From Felis catus (Eukaryota): a stretch of DNA of 64,000 nucleotides. The notes beneath the pieces are model-generated. The model was given only the letters and a program-made list of their open reading frames with translations. It had not been told where the DNA came from and ran no database searches. A program made the position numbers and the translations under genes. Numbering within the stretch: the first letter of the stretch is position 1; each line of letters opens with the position of its first letter. Shown here in pieces: positions 11,701 to 24,438 of the stretch. The stretch lies in the NCBI RefSeq assembly GCF_018350175.1, contig NW_025408521.1, positions 62,001 through 126,000 of the forward strand, given 5' to 3'.

Positions 11701-14700
11701 TGCCCTGGTGTGGGTTCGGCGCCTGGAACCTCCTGGGACCTAACCCTAACCCTAACCCTAACCCTACCCCGAACTGGGACCCTCCCCTGAAACCTAAGCC
11801 TGCCTCGATCCCTAATCCTGCATTTCAGCCGCCTTCTGGCATGGGCCCTCACTTCAGCCCTCGAGGGAGATCACGAGAACGGAGTCGCTTCGGCCCTGGA
11901 GACGTCCCTGGCCCGAACCCTAAGCCTAGCTAAGGCTCTGCCCTCATGGGGACCCAATTCCAACGTCAGACAGCATCACGCCCTTGGGTTCCAGAAGCGG
12001 TGCAGGCTGACTCGTCAAGGAACCTGGAAGCTCACCATATCGTCTCCCAGGCCGGCTGCAGCTCCCCAGTGGATTCCGGAGGCATACTCGACCGTGGGAG
12101 GAACAATATGTGTGGCCGTGGCAGCCAAAGTGGGTTCCTGACCGGCACCGTCCCTTGTGCCCTCAACTAAGCCCTTCGGGGAGACCACTGCCCTGCTGTG
12201 GGTTCAGCGCCTGGAACCTCCTGGGACCTAACCCTAACCCTAACCCTACCCCGAAACGGGACCCTCCCCCGAAACCTAAGCCTGCCTCGATCCCTAATCC
12301 TGCATTTGAGCCGCCTTCTGGCATGGGCCCTCACTTCAGCCCTCGAGGGAGATCACGAGACCGGAGTCGCTTCAGCCCTGGAGACGTCCCTGGCCCGAAC
12401 CCGAACCCTAGCTAAGGCTCTCTCCTCATGGGGACCCAATTCCAACGTCTGACAGCATCACGCGCCTGGGGTCCAGAAGCGGTGCAGGTTGACTCAGCAA
12501 GGAAACTGGAATTTCACCATGTCGTTTCCCAGGCTCCCCTGTAGCTCCCGAGAGGATTGCGGAGGCCTCCTTGACCGCGGGTGGAACAACATGTGTGGCC
12601 GTGGCAGCCAAAGAGGGATCCTGACCGGCACCGTCCCTTGTGCCCTCAACTCAGCCCTTCGGGGAGACCACTGCCCTCCTGTGGGTTTCGGCGCCTGGAA
12701 CCTCCTGGGACCTAACCCTAACCCTAACCCTACCCCGAACCGGGACGCTCCCCCGAAATGTAAGCCTGCCTCGATCCCTAATCCTGCATTTGAGCCACTC
12801 TCTGGCATGGGCCCTCACTTCAGCCCTCAAGGGAGATCAGGAGACCGGCGCCTTTAGGCCCTGGAGACATCCCTGGTCCGAACCCTAAGCCTAGCTAAGG
12901 CTCTGCCCTCATGGGGACCCAATTCCAACGTCAGACAGCATCACGCGCCTGGGGTCCAGAAGCGGTGCAGGCTGACTCGGCAAGGAACCTGGAAGCTCAC
13001 CATATCGTTTCCCAGGCCGGCTGCAGCTCCCCAGTGGATTCCGGAGGCCACCTCGACCGCGGGAGGAACAATATGTGTGGCCGTGGCAGCCAAATAGGGA
13101 TCCTGACCAGCACCGTCCCTTGTGCCCTCAACTAAGCCCTTCGGGGAGACCACTGCCCTGGTGTGGGTTTAGCGCCTGGAACCTCCTGGTACCTAACCCT
13201 AACCCAAACCCTACCCCGAAACGGGACCCTCCCCCGAAACCTAAGCCTGCCTCGATCCCTAATCCTGCATTTGAGCCGCCTTCTGGCATGGGCCCTCACT
13301 TCAGCCCTCGAGGGAGATCACGAGACCGGAGTCGCTTCGGCCCTGGCGACGTCCCTGGCCCGAACCCTAAGCCTAGCTAAGGCTCTGCCCTCATGGGGAC
13401 CCAATTCCAACGTCTGACAGCATCACACGCCTGGGGTCCAGAAGCGGTGCAGGCTGACTCGGCAAGGATCCTGGAAGCTCACCATGTCATTTCCCAGGCC
13501 CGGCTACAGCTCCCGAGAGGATTGCGGAGGCCTCCTCGACCGCGGGAGGAACAAAATGTGTGGCCGTGGCAGCCAAAGAGGGATCCTGACCGGCACCGTC
13601 CCTTTTGCCCTCAACTCAGCCCTTCGGGGAGACCACTGCCCTGCTGTGGGTTCGGCGCCTGGAACCTCCTGGTACCTAACCCTAACCCTAACCCTACCCC
13701 GAACCGGGACCCTCCCCCGAAACCTAAGCCTGCCTCGATCCCTAATCCTGCATTTGAGCCGCCTTCTGGCATGGGCCCTCACTTCAGCCCTCGAGGGAGA
13801 TCACGAGACCGGAGTCGCTTCGGCCCTGGCGACGTCCCTGGTCCGAACCCTAAGCCTAGCTAAGGCTCTGCCCTCATGGGGACCCAATTCCAACGTCAGA
13901 CAGCATCACGCGCCTGGGGTCCAGAAGCGGTGCAGGCTGACTCGGCAAGGAACCTGGAAGCTCACCATATCGTTTCCCAGGCCGGCTGCAGCTCCCCAGT
14001 GGATTCCGGAGGCCACCTCGACCGCGGGAGGAACAATATGTGTGGCCGTGGCAGCCAAAGAGGGATCCTGACCGGCACCGTCCCTTGTGCCCTCAACTAA
14101 GCCCTTCGGGGAGACCACTGCCCTGGTGTGGGTTCGGCGCCTGGAACCTCCTGGTACCTAACCCTAACCCTAACCCTACCCCGAACCGGGAACCTCCCCC
14201 GAATCCTCAGCCTGCCTCGATCCCTTATCCTGCATTTGAGCCGCCTTCTGGCATGGGCCCTCACTTCAGCCCTCGAGGGAGATCACGAGACTGGACTCGC
14301 TTCGGCCCTGGCGACGTCCCTGGACCAAACCCTTACCCTAGCTAAGGCTCTCGCCTCATGGGGACCCAATTCCAACGTCTGACAGCATCAGGAGCCTGGG
14401 GTCCAGAAGCGGTGCAGGCTGACTCGGCAAGGAACCTGGAAGCTCACCATGTCGTTTCCCAGGCCCGGCTGCAGCTCCCGAGAGGATTCCGGAGGCCTCC
14501 TCGACCGCGGGAGGAACAACATGTGTGGCCGTGGCAGCCAAAGAGGAATCCTGACAGGCACCGTCCCTTGTGCCCTCAATTCAGCCCTTCGGGGAGACCA
14601 CTGCCCTGCTGTGGGTTCGGCGCCTGGAACCTCCTGGGACCTAACCCTAACCCTAAACCTACCCAGAACCGGGACACTCCCCCGAAACCTAAGCCAGCCT

Positions 14701-17700
14701 CGATCCGTAATCCTGCTTTTGAGCCGTCTTCTGGCATGGGCCCTCACTTCAGCCCTCGAGGGAGATCACGAGACCGGAGTCGCTTCGGCCCTGGAGACGT
14801 CCCTGGCCCGAACCCTAACCCTAGCTAAGGCTCTCCCCTCATGGGAACCCAATTCCAACGTCTGACAGCATCACGCGCTTGTGGTCCAGAAGCGGTGCAG
14901 GCTGACTCGGCAAGGAACCTGGAAGCTCACCATGTCGTTTCCCAGGCTCGGCTGCAGCTCCCGAGAGGATTGCGGAGGCCTCCTCGACCGCGGGAGGAAC
15001 AACATGTGTGGCCGTGGCAGCCAAAGAGGGATCCTGACCGGCACCGTCCCTTGTGCCCTCAACTAAGCCCTTCGGGGAGACCACTGCCCTGCTGTGGGTT
15101 CGGCGCCTGGAACCTCCTGGGACCTAACCCTAATCCTAACCCTACCCCGAACCGGGACCGTGCCCCGAAACCTAAGCCTGCCTCGATCCCTAATCCTGCA
15201 TTTGAGCCGCCTTCTGGCATGGGCCCTCACTTCAGCCCTCGAGGGAGATCACGAGACCGGAGTCGCTTCGGCCCTGGAGACGTCCCTGGCCCGAACCCTA
15301 ACCCTAGCTAAGGCTCTCCCCTCATGGGGACCGAATTCCAACATCTGACAGCATCAGGCGCCTGGGGTCCAGAAGCGGTGCAGGCTGACTCGGCAAGGAA
15401 CCTGGAAGCTCACCATGTCGTTTCCCAGGCCCGGCTGCAGCTCCCGAGAGGATTCCGGAGGCCTCCTCGACCGCGGGAGGAACAACATGTGTGGCCGTGG
15501 CAGCCAAAGAGGAATCCTGACAGGCACCGTCCCTTGTGCCCTCAATTCAGCCCTTCGGGGAGACCACTGCCCTGCTGTGGGTTCGGCGCCTGGAACCTCC
15601 TGGGACCTAACCCTAACCCTAAACCTACCCAGAACCGGGACCCTCCCCCGAAACCTAAGCCAGCCTCGATCCGTAATCCTGCTTTTGAGCCGTCTTCTGG
15701 CATGGGCCCTCACTTCAGCCCTCGAGGGAGATCACGAGACCGGAGTCGCTTCGGCCCTGGAGACGTCCCTGGCCCGAACCCTAACCCTAGCTAAGGCTCT
15801 CCCCTCATGGGAACCCAATTCCAACGTCTGACAGCATCACGCGCTTGTGGTCCAGAAGCGGTGCAGGCTGACTCAGCAAGGAACCTGGAAGCTCACCATG
15901 TCGTTTCCCAGGCTCGGCTGCAGCTCCCGAGAGGATTGCGGAGGCCTCCTCGACCGCGGGAGGAACAACATGTGTGGCCGTGGCAGCCAAAGAGGGATCC
16001 TGACCGGCACCGTCCCTTGTGCCCTCAACTCAGCCCTTCGGGGAGACCACTGCCCTGCTGTGGGTTCGGCGCCTGGAACCTCCTGGGACCTAACCCTAAC
16101 CCTAACCCTACCCCGAACCGGGACCCTCCCCCGAAACCTAAGCCTGCCTCGATCCCTAATCCTGCATTTGAGCCGCCTTCTGGCATGGGCCCTCACTTCA
16201 GCCCTCGAGGGAGATCACGAGACCGGAGTCGCTTCGGCCCTGGCGACGTCCCTGGGCCGAACCCTAACCCTAGCTAAGGCTCTCCCCTCATGGGGACCCA
16301 AATCCGGACGTCTGACAGCATCACGCGCCTGGGGTCCAGAAGCCGTGCAGGCTGACTCGGCAAGGAACCTGGAAGCTCACCATGTCGTTTCCCAGGCCCG
16401 GCTGCAGCTCCCGAGAGGATGCCCGAGGCCTCCTCGACCACGGGAGGAACAACATATGTGGCCTTGGCAGCCAAAGAGGGATCCTGACTGGCATTGTTTC
16501 TTGTGCCCTCAATTCAGCCCTTCGGGGAGGCCACTGCCCTGCTGTGGGTTCAGCGCCTGGAACCTCCTGTGACCTAACCCTAACCCTACCCCAACCCGGG
16601 AGCCTGCACCGAAACCTAAGCCTGCCTCGATCCCTAATCCTGCATTTGAGCCGCCTTCTGGCATGGGCCCTCACTTCAGCCCTCGAGGGAGATCACGAGA
16701 CCGGAGTCGCTTCGGCCCTGGCGACGTCCCTGGGCCGAACCCTAACCCTAGCTAAGGCTCTCCCCTCATGGGCACCCAATTCCAACGTGACAGCATCACG
16801 CACCTGGGGTCCAGAAGCGGTGCAGACTGACTCGGAAAGGAACCTTGAAGCTCACCATGTCGTTTCCCAGGACCGGCTGCAGCTCCCGAGAGGATTCCGG
16901 AGGCCTCCTCGACCACGGGAGGAACAAATGTGTGGCTTTGGCAGCCATAACGGATCCTTATCGGCACCTTCCCTTGTGCCCTGAACTCAGCCCTTCGGGG
17001 AGACCACTGCCCTGCTGTGGGTTCGGCGCCTGGAACCTTCTGGCACCTAACCCTAACTCTAACCATACCCCGAACCGGGAGCCTGCACCGAAACCTAAGC
17101 CTGCCTCGATCCCTAATCCTGCATTTGAGCCACCTTCTGGCATGGGCCCTCAATTTAGTCCTGAAGGAGGTCACGTCCCTGGAGTCGCTATGGACCTGGC
17201 GATGTGCCTTTACCGAAACCTACCCCTAGCTAAGGCTCTCTCCCCATGGGGACCCAATCCCTACGTCTGACAACACCATACGCCTTGGATCCTTCTGGGT
17301 TGCATGGTCACCTGATATGGTATCTGGAAGCTCACCATATCGTTTCTCATGCCTGTTGCAGCTGCCAGAGAGAATTCCTGAGTCTTCCCCGGCCAGGCGC
17401 TCATAGAGTCTGACCCTGACCGGAACTCTCCCTTGTGCCCTGAACTCAGTCCTTCGGGGAGACCGCTGAAGTGTTCTGGCTTCACACCTGGGGCCTCCTG
17501 GGACATAACCCCAACCCTACCCTTAACGAGACCCTCCTCCTAATCCTAAGCCGGACTTGAACCCTATCCCTTCATTTTAACCTCACCTTTACATGAGCCC
17601 TCACTTCATCTCTCGAGGGAGATCTCGAGACAGGAGTCACTTCGATCCTGGCTACGTCCCTGGTCCAAACACTAACCGTAGCTAAGGCTCTCTCCCCTTG

Positions 17701-18181
17701 TGGACCCAATCGCATGGTCTGGCAACACCACGTGCCTGGGGTTCCAGAAGCATGGCAGTGTCCCTCGGCATGGTGCCTGGAACCTAACAATGTCATTCTG
17801 CAGGCCCGGCTGCAGTTGTCTGAGAGAATTCCTGAGTCCTACCTGACCAGTGGCCCATAGATTTGCGTGGCCAGGAAGCCAAAGACTGAACGTTCTGGGC
17901 CCTCTCCCCTGTGCCCTCAACTTAGCCCATTCGGGTGACCACTGCCCTGCTGTGGGTTCAGTACCTGGAGCCTCTTGGGTCCTAACCTAATCCCTACCCC
18001 TAACCGGAAACCTCAACCGAATCCTAACCCGATCTTGAAACCTAATCAAACAATTGACCCCCGCTGTCTCCTGGTCCCTTACTTCATTCCTCTAGGGAGA
18101 TCACGAGACTGGAGTTGCTTTGGCCCTGGCAACGTCCTGGACCGAACCCTAACCCTAGCTCAGACACTCTCCCAATGGGGA
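8771..18181 (+). repeat. FA-SAT feline major satellite, ~19.5 tandem 483-bp monomers
   Basis: The ATGGG(G/A)ACC anchor recurs every 482-489 bp (14358, 14841, 15324, 15807 are exactly 483 apart). GC-rich with internal (CCCTAA)n hexamers, matching the known size and hallmarks of FA-SAT. Divergence rises after ~16800. Confidence 0.92.
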
Positions 18182-18278
18182 TGTAAGCAACAAACCATAA
18201 ATCGTCTATGAGAAAAATTGAAGAAACCCAAAGAAATGGAAAACATTCCATGCTCACGTATTAGAAGAACAAACATTT

Positions 18279-18492
18279 GGGGCACCTGGGTGGCACAGTC
18301 GGTTAAGCGTCCGACTTCAACCAGGTCACGATCTCGCCATCCATGATATCGAGCCCCACGTCAGGCTCTGGGCTGATGGCTCAGAGCCTGGAGCCTGTTT
18401 CCTATTCTGTGTCTCCCTCTCTCTCTTCCAATCCCCTGTTCATGCTCTGTCTCTGTCTGTCCCCAAAAAATAAATAAACGTTGAAAAAAAAA
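18279..18492 (+). mobile_element. Feline Can-SINE (SINEC_Fc type, tRNA-derived)
   Basis: GGGGCACCTGGGTGGCACAGTCGGTTAAGCGTCCGACTTC head, (CT)n region, AATAAA and poly-A; TSD AACAAACATT at 18268-18277 and 18497-18506. Confidence 0.95.
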
Positions 18493-18915
18493 GAACAACA
18501 AACATTGTTAAGATGTCAATACTACCAAAGCAATCGACACACTCAATGCAATCCCTATCAAAAAACATGAGCTTTCTCCACAGAGCTAGAACAAACAACC
18601 CTAAAATGTGTAAGGATGCAGAAAAGATACCAAAAGCCAAAGTCATGTTGAAAAAGAAAACAAAGGTGGAAACATGACTATTTTGGATGTATGGTGTATT
18701 AGAAAGCTGCATTCATCAAGACAGTATGTACAGGCACAGAAACGGAGACAGACGTCAATGGAACAGAATATGGAACCCAGAAATATACCCTCAAACATAA
18801 GGTGAGTAATCTTTGTTAACACAGAAAGAATATCCAATGGAATAAGAGTCTCTTCAGCAAATGGTACTAGGAATACTGGACAGTGAGAATGATGAACCTG
18901 GACACTGTTCTTAAA

Positions 18916-18916
<1 letters not shown>

Positions 18917-18951
<35 letters not shown>
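18917..18951. repeat. (CA)n microsatellite
   Basis: About 17 CA units inside the L1. Confidence 0.95.
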
Positions 18952-18953
<2 letters not shown>

Positions 18954-20492
18954 CAAAATGGATGAATTATCTAAATGTAAGTCAGGAACCATCAAAATCC
19001 TAGAGGAGATAATAGGCAATGTACCTCCTTGATCCTGGCCGCAGCAACTTCTCGCTTGTCATGTCTCCAGAAGCAAGGGCAATAAAAACCACAATGAACT
19101 ATTGGGTCCTGAAGATAAAAGCTTCTGCACAGCAGGGGACAAAATCAGCTAAACTAAAAGGCAACTGAATGAAGTGGGAGAAGATATTTGCAGGTGACAT
19201 ATCAGATAAAGGGTTAGTATCCAAAATCTATAAAAACTTATCACACTCAACACCCAGAAACCAAATAATCCAGTGAAGAAATGGGCAAAAGACATGAAGA
19301 GACACCTTAAGAAAGATGACATCCAGATCGGTCACACATGAAAAGATGCTCAATCTCACTGGTCATCACTGAAATACAAATGAAACCCACAATGAGATAT
19401 CCCCTCACACCTATCAGAATAGCTAAAATTAACATCTCCAGAAACGACAGATGTTGGCAAGGATGCAGGGAAAGGGAAGCCTTTTGCAATGCTGGTGCGA
19501 ATGCAAAGTGGTGTAGCCATTCTGGACAATAGTATGGAGATTCGTCACAAAAACAAAAAATAGAGCTACACTAGGACCCAGCAATTGCACTACTAGGTAT
19601 TGATCCAAAAGATACACTAACGCTGACTCGAAGTGGCACGTGTACTCCAATATTTATAGCAGCATTCTCAACAATAGCTAAGTTATGCAAAGAGCCCAAA
19701 TGACCACTGACAGATGAATGGATAAAGAAGATATGGTATATGCATACAATGGACTATTACTCTGCGATCAAAAAGAATGAAATCTCGCTCTTTGCAACAA
19801 CGGGGATGGAACCGGAGTTTCTTAAGCTAAGCAAAATATGCCAGAGAACGACACACATACTATGATTCCTCTCATCTGTCGAATTTAATAAAACTGATGA
19901 ACATAGTGCAAGGAAAGCAAAAAGAAGATACACACAGAGAGGGAGTCAAATGATAAGAGACTGTTAAATAGAGGGAAGAATCTCAGGGTTCCTGGAGGGT
20001 TACTGAATAGGGGTATGGGCTAAATGGGTGATGGGCATTAGGGGTGGACCTTGGGATGAGTATTGGGTATATTTTGTACTTGATGGGTCACTAAATTCTA
20101 CTGCTGAAACTGTATTCCTCTATAAGGTAACTAACTTGGGCTTCAATTTTAAAAAGAAGAAATATTAAAAATAAGTAAAGAAATGTACCACCAGTCAAAA
20201 GAAAAGAATATTTAAATCAGGCTCTTGAGTGGAAAGGAAAGACTAAAAGTGTCACAGACATGAAAGGATCAGAGAAAACATCAAGAAACAATGATAAAAC
20301 AACTAGTAGAATGGGACTAAATATATACCTAGCAATAATCACTCTGACTATAAATGGACTAAATGCTCCAATCCAAAGACATTGGATAGGGCGTCAGAAT
20401 GGACAAAACAAACAAACAAGCAAACAAAAAACAATGTCTATCTGGATGCTGCCTACAAAGCCTTATTCGGACTTAAGTCTCCTGCAGATTTG

Positions 20493-20714
20493 TTATTTTT
20501 TTTTAATTTTTTTAATGTTTATTTATTTTTGAGACAGAGAGAGACCAAGCATGAACGGGGGAGGGTCAGAGAGAGGGAGACACAGAATCTGAAACAGGCT
20601 CCAGGCTCTGAGCTGTCAGCACAGTGCCCGACGTGGGGCTCGACCTCAGGGACTGGGAGATCATGACCTGAGCCGAAGTTGGCCCCTTAACCGACTGAGC
20701 CACCCAGGCGCCCC
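20493..20714 (-). mobile_element. Feline Can-SINE (SINEC_Fc type)
   Basis: Reverse-strand head ...CTGAGCCACCCAGGCGCCCC with poly-T tail; perfect 18-bp TSD AAGTCTCCTGCAGATTTG at 20475-20492 and 20715-20732. Confidence 0.96.
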
Positions 20715-20830
20715 AAGTCTCCTGCAGATTTGAAGTGAGGGAATGAAGAAATATTTATCATGCCAATAATGTCAAAAGAAAGCCAGTAGCCATACTTATA
20801 TCAGGCAAAATAAACTTTAAAACCGAGACT

Positions 20831-21468
20831 CTATTTTGGTACCCTTTGGGTAAATACCTAATAGTGACATTGCATGCACCCAGTATTTATAGCAGAATTA
20901 TCAACAGTAGCCCAACTATGGAGAAAGCCCAAGTATCCATCAACTGATGAAGGTGTAAAGAAGTTGTGGTGTGTGTATGTATATGTATGTATATGCATAT
21001 GGACATACATGTATGTTCATATATACATACATACGTATATACAATGAAATATAACTCAGCTTCAAGAAGAATGAAATCTTGCCATTTGCAATGATGTGGA
21101 TGGAGCTCGAATGTATTATGCTACGTGAAATACGTCAATCAGAGAAAGACACATATATGATTTCACTCATGTGGAAGTTAAGAAACAAAACACATGAAAA
21201 CTAAGGAAGGAGCCAGGAAAAGAGAAGCATGGTAACAAACCACATGAGTCTCTTAATGTTAGAGAAAAAAAAAAGTGAAAGTTGATGGAGGGAGATGGGT
21301 CAGCGCTGGGCTAGATGGAGGACGAGTATTAAGGAGAGCACTTGTTGTGATGAGCACTGGGTGTTGTATGTAAAGGATGAATCACCGAATTCTACTCCTA
21401 AACCCGAGAATGCACTGTATGTCAACTAAGACTTAAATTAAAATACATACATACATACATACATACAG
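20831..21468 (+). mobile_element. Nested L1 3'-end insertion with short 5' inversion
   Basis: L1 3' sequence ending in a (TACA)n tail interrupts the host ORF2 between TTTAAAACCGAGACT and ATAACAAGAG. The first ~43 bp are reverse-complement L1. Confidence 0.8.
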
Positions 21469-22759
21469 GTATAACAAGAGATGAAGGCAGACACGATCTC
21501 ATACTAAAGGGGACAGCCAAACAAGAAGATCCAATGATTGTAAATTTCGATGTACCCAACATGCGATCACCAAGTATACAAAACATTTAGCAACAACCGT
21601 AAAGGAACTCATTTATAATAATATGATGATAGTAGAGGACTTTAACACATCACTCACATCAATGGACAGAACCTATAAACAGAACGTCAACAAGGAAACA
21701 ATGGCTTTGAATGACACACTGGACCAGAAGGGTTTAACAGATATATTCAGAACACTCCATACTAAAATGGCAGATACACATTCTTTTCAAGCATACCCGG
21801 GGCGTTCTCCAGAATTGATCACATTGTAGGGCATAAATCAGGCCTCAAGAGGTACCCAACGACAGAGATCAGACCAAGCATCTTTTCTAACCACAAAGCT
21901 AGGAAACTTGAAGTCAACCACAAAAAGAGGGCGGGGGGGGGGGGAGGGTGGGAAGGCCACAAATAAAGGGAGGTTAAGTAACATGCTACTAAATGAATGG
22001 GTCAAACAGGAAATCAATGAGAAAATACACTGAAACAAATGAAAATGAAAATACACTGGTAAAACCCTTTGGAATGCGGCAAAAGCAGTCTATGATGGAA
22101 GTAGATAGCAATACAAGCCTACCTTAAAGAGCAAGAAAATTCTCAAAGAATCCTAACTTACACCTGAAGGAATGAGAAAAAGAGCAGCAGAAGGAAGGAA
22201 ATAATAGAGTTTAGGGCAGAAATAAGGAATATAGAAACCAAAAAGACACTAGACCAAATCAATGAAAGCAGGGGCTGGATCATTGAAAGCAGTAATCAAC
22301 TTGAAAACCTCCTAGGCAGACTCTTCACAAAGAAGACAGAAAGAACTCAAATGAAATCACAAATAAGAAAGGAGAAATGACAGTCAACACCACAAAAATA
22401 CAATTAGAAGATAATATTATGAACAACTATATGCAACAAATTGGACACTCTGAGAAAAATGGACAAATTACTAGAAACACACACACTACCAAAACTGAAA
22501 CAGGAAGATACCTAAAATCTGAAAACAGTCAGATACCCCATCAGTAATTAAAAAAAATCTCCCCCCAACACAAGAGATCATGGCCAGATGGCTTCATTGA
22601 TGAATTCTACCATCCATTCAAGGAAGAGGTAATATGTATTCTCCTCAAATTATTACAAAAAATAAAAAAAGAAGGAAATCTTACAAATTCATCGTATGAG
22701 GCCATCATTACCCTGATACCAAAACGAGATGAAGCCTCCACTAAAACTGAAAACTGCAG

Positions 22760-22983
22760 CTGCGCCTGTGTGGGTCGGTCGGTTTACTGTCCAACTCTTA
22801 ATTTTGGATTAGGACATTATCTTGCGGTACGTGGGTTCGAGTCCCACGTTGGGCCCTGCCATGACAGTGTGGGGCGTGGCCAGGATTCTCTCTCTCCCTG
22901 TCTCTCTGCCCCTCCCTCACTTTTATGTACTCTATCTAAGGAAAGAAATAAGCATTTAAAAAAATGTTTAAAAAATTTTAAAT
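22760..22983 (+). mobile_element. Can-SINE, diverged
   Basis: GCGCCTGTGTGGGTCGGTCGGTT head, B-box-like GGTTCGAGTCCC, (CT)n and A tail; TSD AAAACTGCAG on both sides. Confidence 0.88.
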
Positions 22984-24248
22984 AAAACTGCAGAGCAATA
23001 GCCTGATGACTATGTATGCCGACATTCTCATTAAAATACCTTCAAATCAAAGTCCACAATACATTGATAGAATCATTTACCATAATCAAGTGGGATATAT
23101 TCCTGGGCTGCAAGCGTGGTTCCACATTCACAGATCAATCAACATGATGCACCACAATAATAGAAGAAAGCATAAGAACAATAGGATGCTTTCAACAGAT
23201 GCAGGGAAACTATTTGATAAAATGTCACATCCATTCATGATAAAAACCCTCAGCAAAGTACATTGAGACTCAACCTACCTGCACATAATAAAGGTCGTCT
23301 ATGAAAAACCCACAGCTCATCTCATCCTCAATGGGTAAAAATTGAGAGTTTTTTTCCAAAGTCAGGGACAAGCTAGGAATGACCCCTCTCACCACTGTTA
23401 TCCCACATAGTACGGGAAACCCTAACCACAGCACTCAGACGACAAAAAGAAATAAGAGGCATCCAAATCGGCAAGGAAGAAGTAGCACTTTCGCTGTTTG
23501 GAACTGACATGATAGGTTCTATAAAAAACATGAAAGGTTCCCTTAAAAATTGCTAGAATCGATATATGAATTCGACAGGTCACAATCTACAGAAATCAAG
23601 GAACATAGATGTATTGAATTTCTAACACAAATCATGAATTAACACAGAGAGAAAGTAAGGGATCAATCCCATTGACAGGCTCACAAATACCACAAGAAAC
23701 CAGGCATACACCTAACCAAAGAGGTGAAAGACCTGTACTCTAAACGCTATGAAACACTGATGAAATAAATGGAAGAGGACACAAAGAAATGGACATACAT
23801 TTCATGTTCATGGATGGGAAGCACAAAATACTGTTAAAATGTCTACACTCCTCAAAGCAATCTACACATATAATGAAATGAAGTGTGATAGGGATATCAC
23901 ACTCACAAAAGCATTTGTCACAGAACAAGAACAAATAATCTCAAAATGTGTATGGAATGACAAAAGTCCCCAAACAGCCAACACAAACTTGTAGAAGAAA
24001 AGCAAAGCTGGAGACATCACAATTCCAGACTTTCGGTTATATTACAAAGCTATACTGATCAGAACAGTATGATCAGTATGTCCGTACTGAACAGTACTGA
24101 CAAAACAACAACAAAACATAACAACAACAACAAACTCATACGCATAGATCAATAGCATGGACACCCAGAAATAAACTCACACCTCTATGGTCAATTAATT
24201 CTCAACAAAGCAGGAAAGAACATCCAATGGAAAAAAAAAGATAGTCTT

Positions 24249-24374
24249 GGGACACATGGGTGGCCCAGTCACGAAAGCGTGTGATGGTGGGTTCAGCTCA
24301 GGTCATGATCTCAGGGCAGTGCAGAGCATGCGTGGGATTCTCTCTCTCCATATCTCTCTGCCCCTCTTCTGCAT

Positions 24375-24410
<36 letters not shown>

Positions 24411-24438
24411 AAAAATAAATACATAAATTAAAAAAAAA
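24249..24438 (+). mobile_element. Can-SINE, diverged and internally shortened
   Basis: GGGACACATGGGTGGCCCAGTC...TTCAGCTCAGGTCATGATCTCA, (CT)n, AAAAATAAAT tail. Confidence 0.85.

Larger units (their letters stand above)
18182..20185 (+). mobile_element. 5'-truncated decayed carnivore L1 (ORF2 3' part and 3' UTR), interrupted by a SINE and (CA)n
   Basis: L1-typical AAGAAATGGAAAACATTCCATGCTCA; translation MKRCSISLVITEIQMKPTMRYPLTPIRIAKI resembles the ORF2 C-terminus; A-rich end near 20150-20185. Confidence 0.88.

Noticed and set aside
8771..18181. True telomere, or ORFs with PNPNP/LTLTL repeats
   Set aside because: Only 2-4 hexamers per 483-bp monomer; the ORFs are translations of satellite DNA.
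18279..18360. tRNA gene
   Set aside because: It is the tRNA-derived head of a Can-SINE with (CT)n, poly-A and a TSD.
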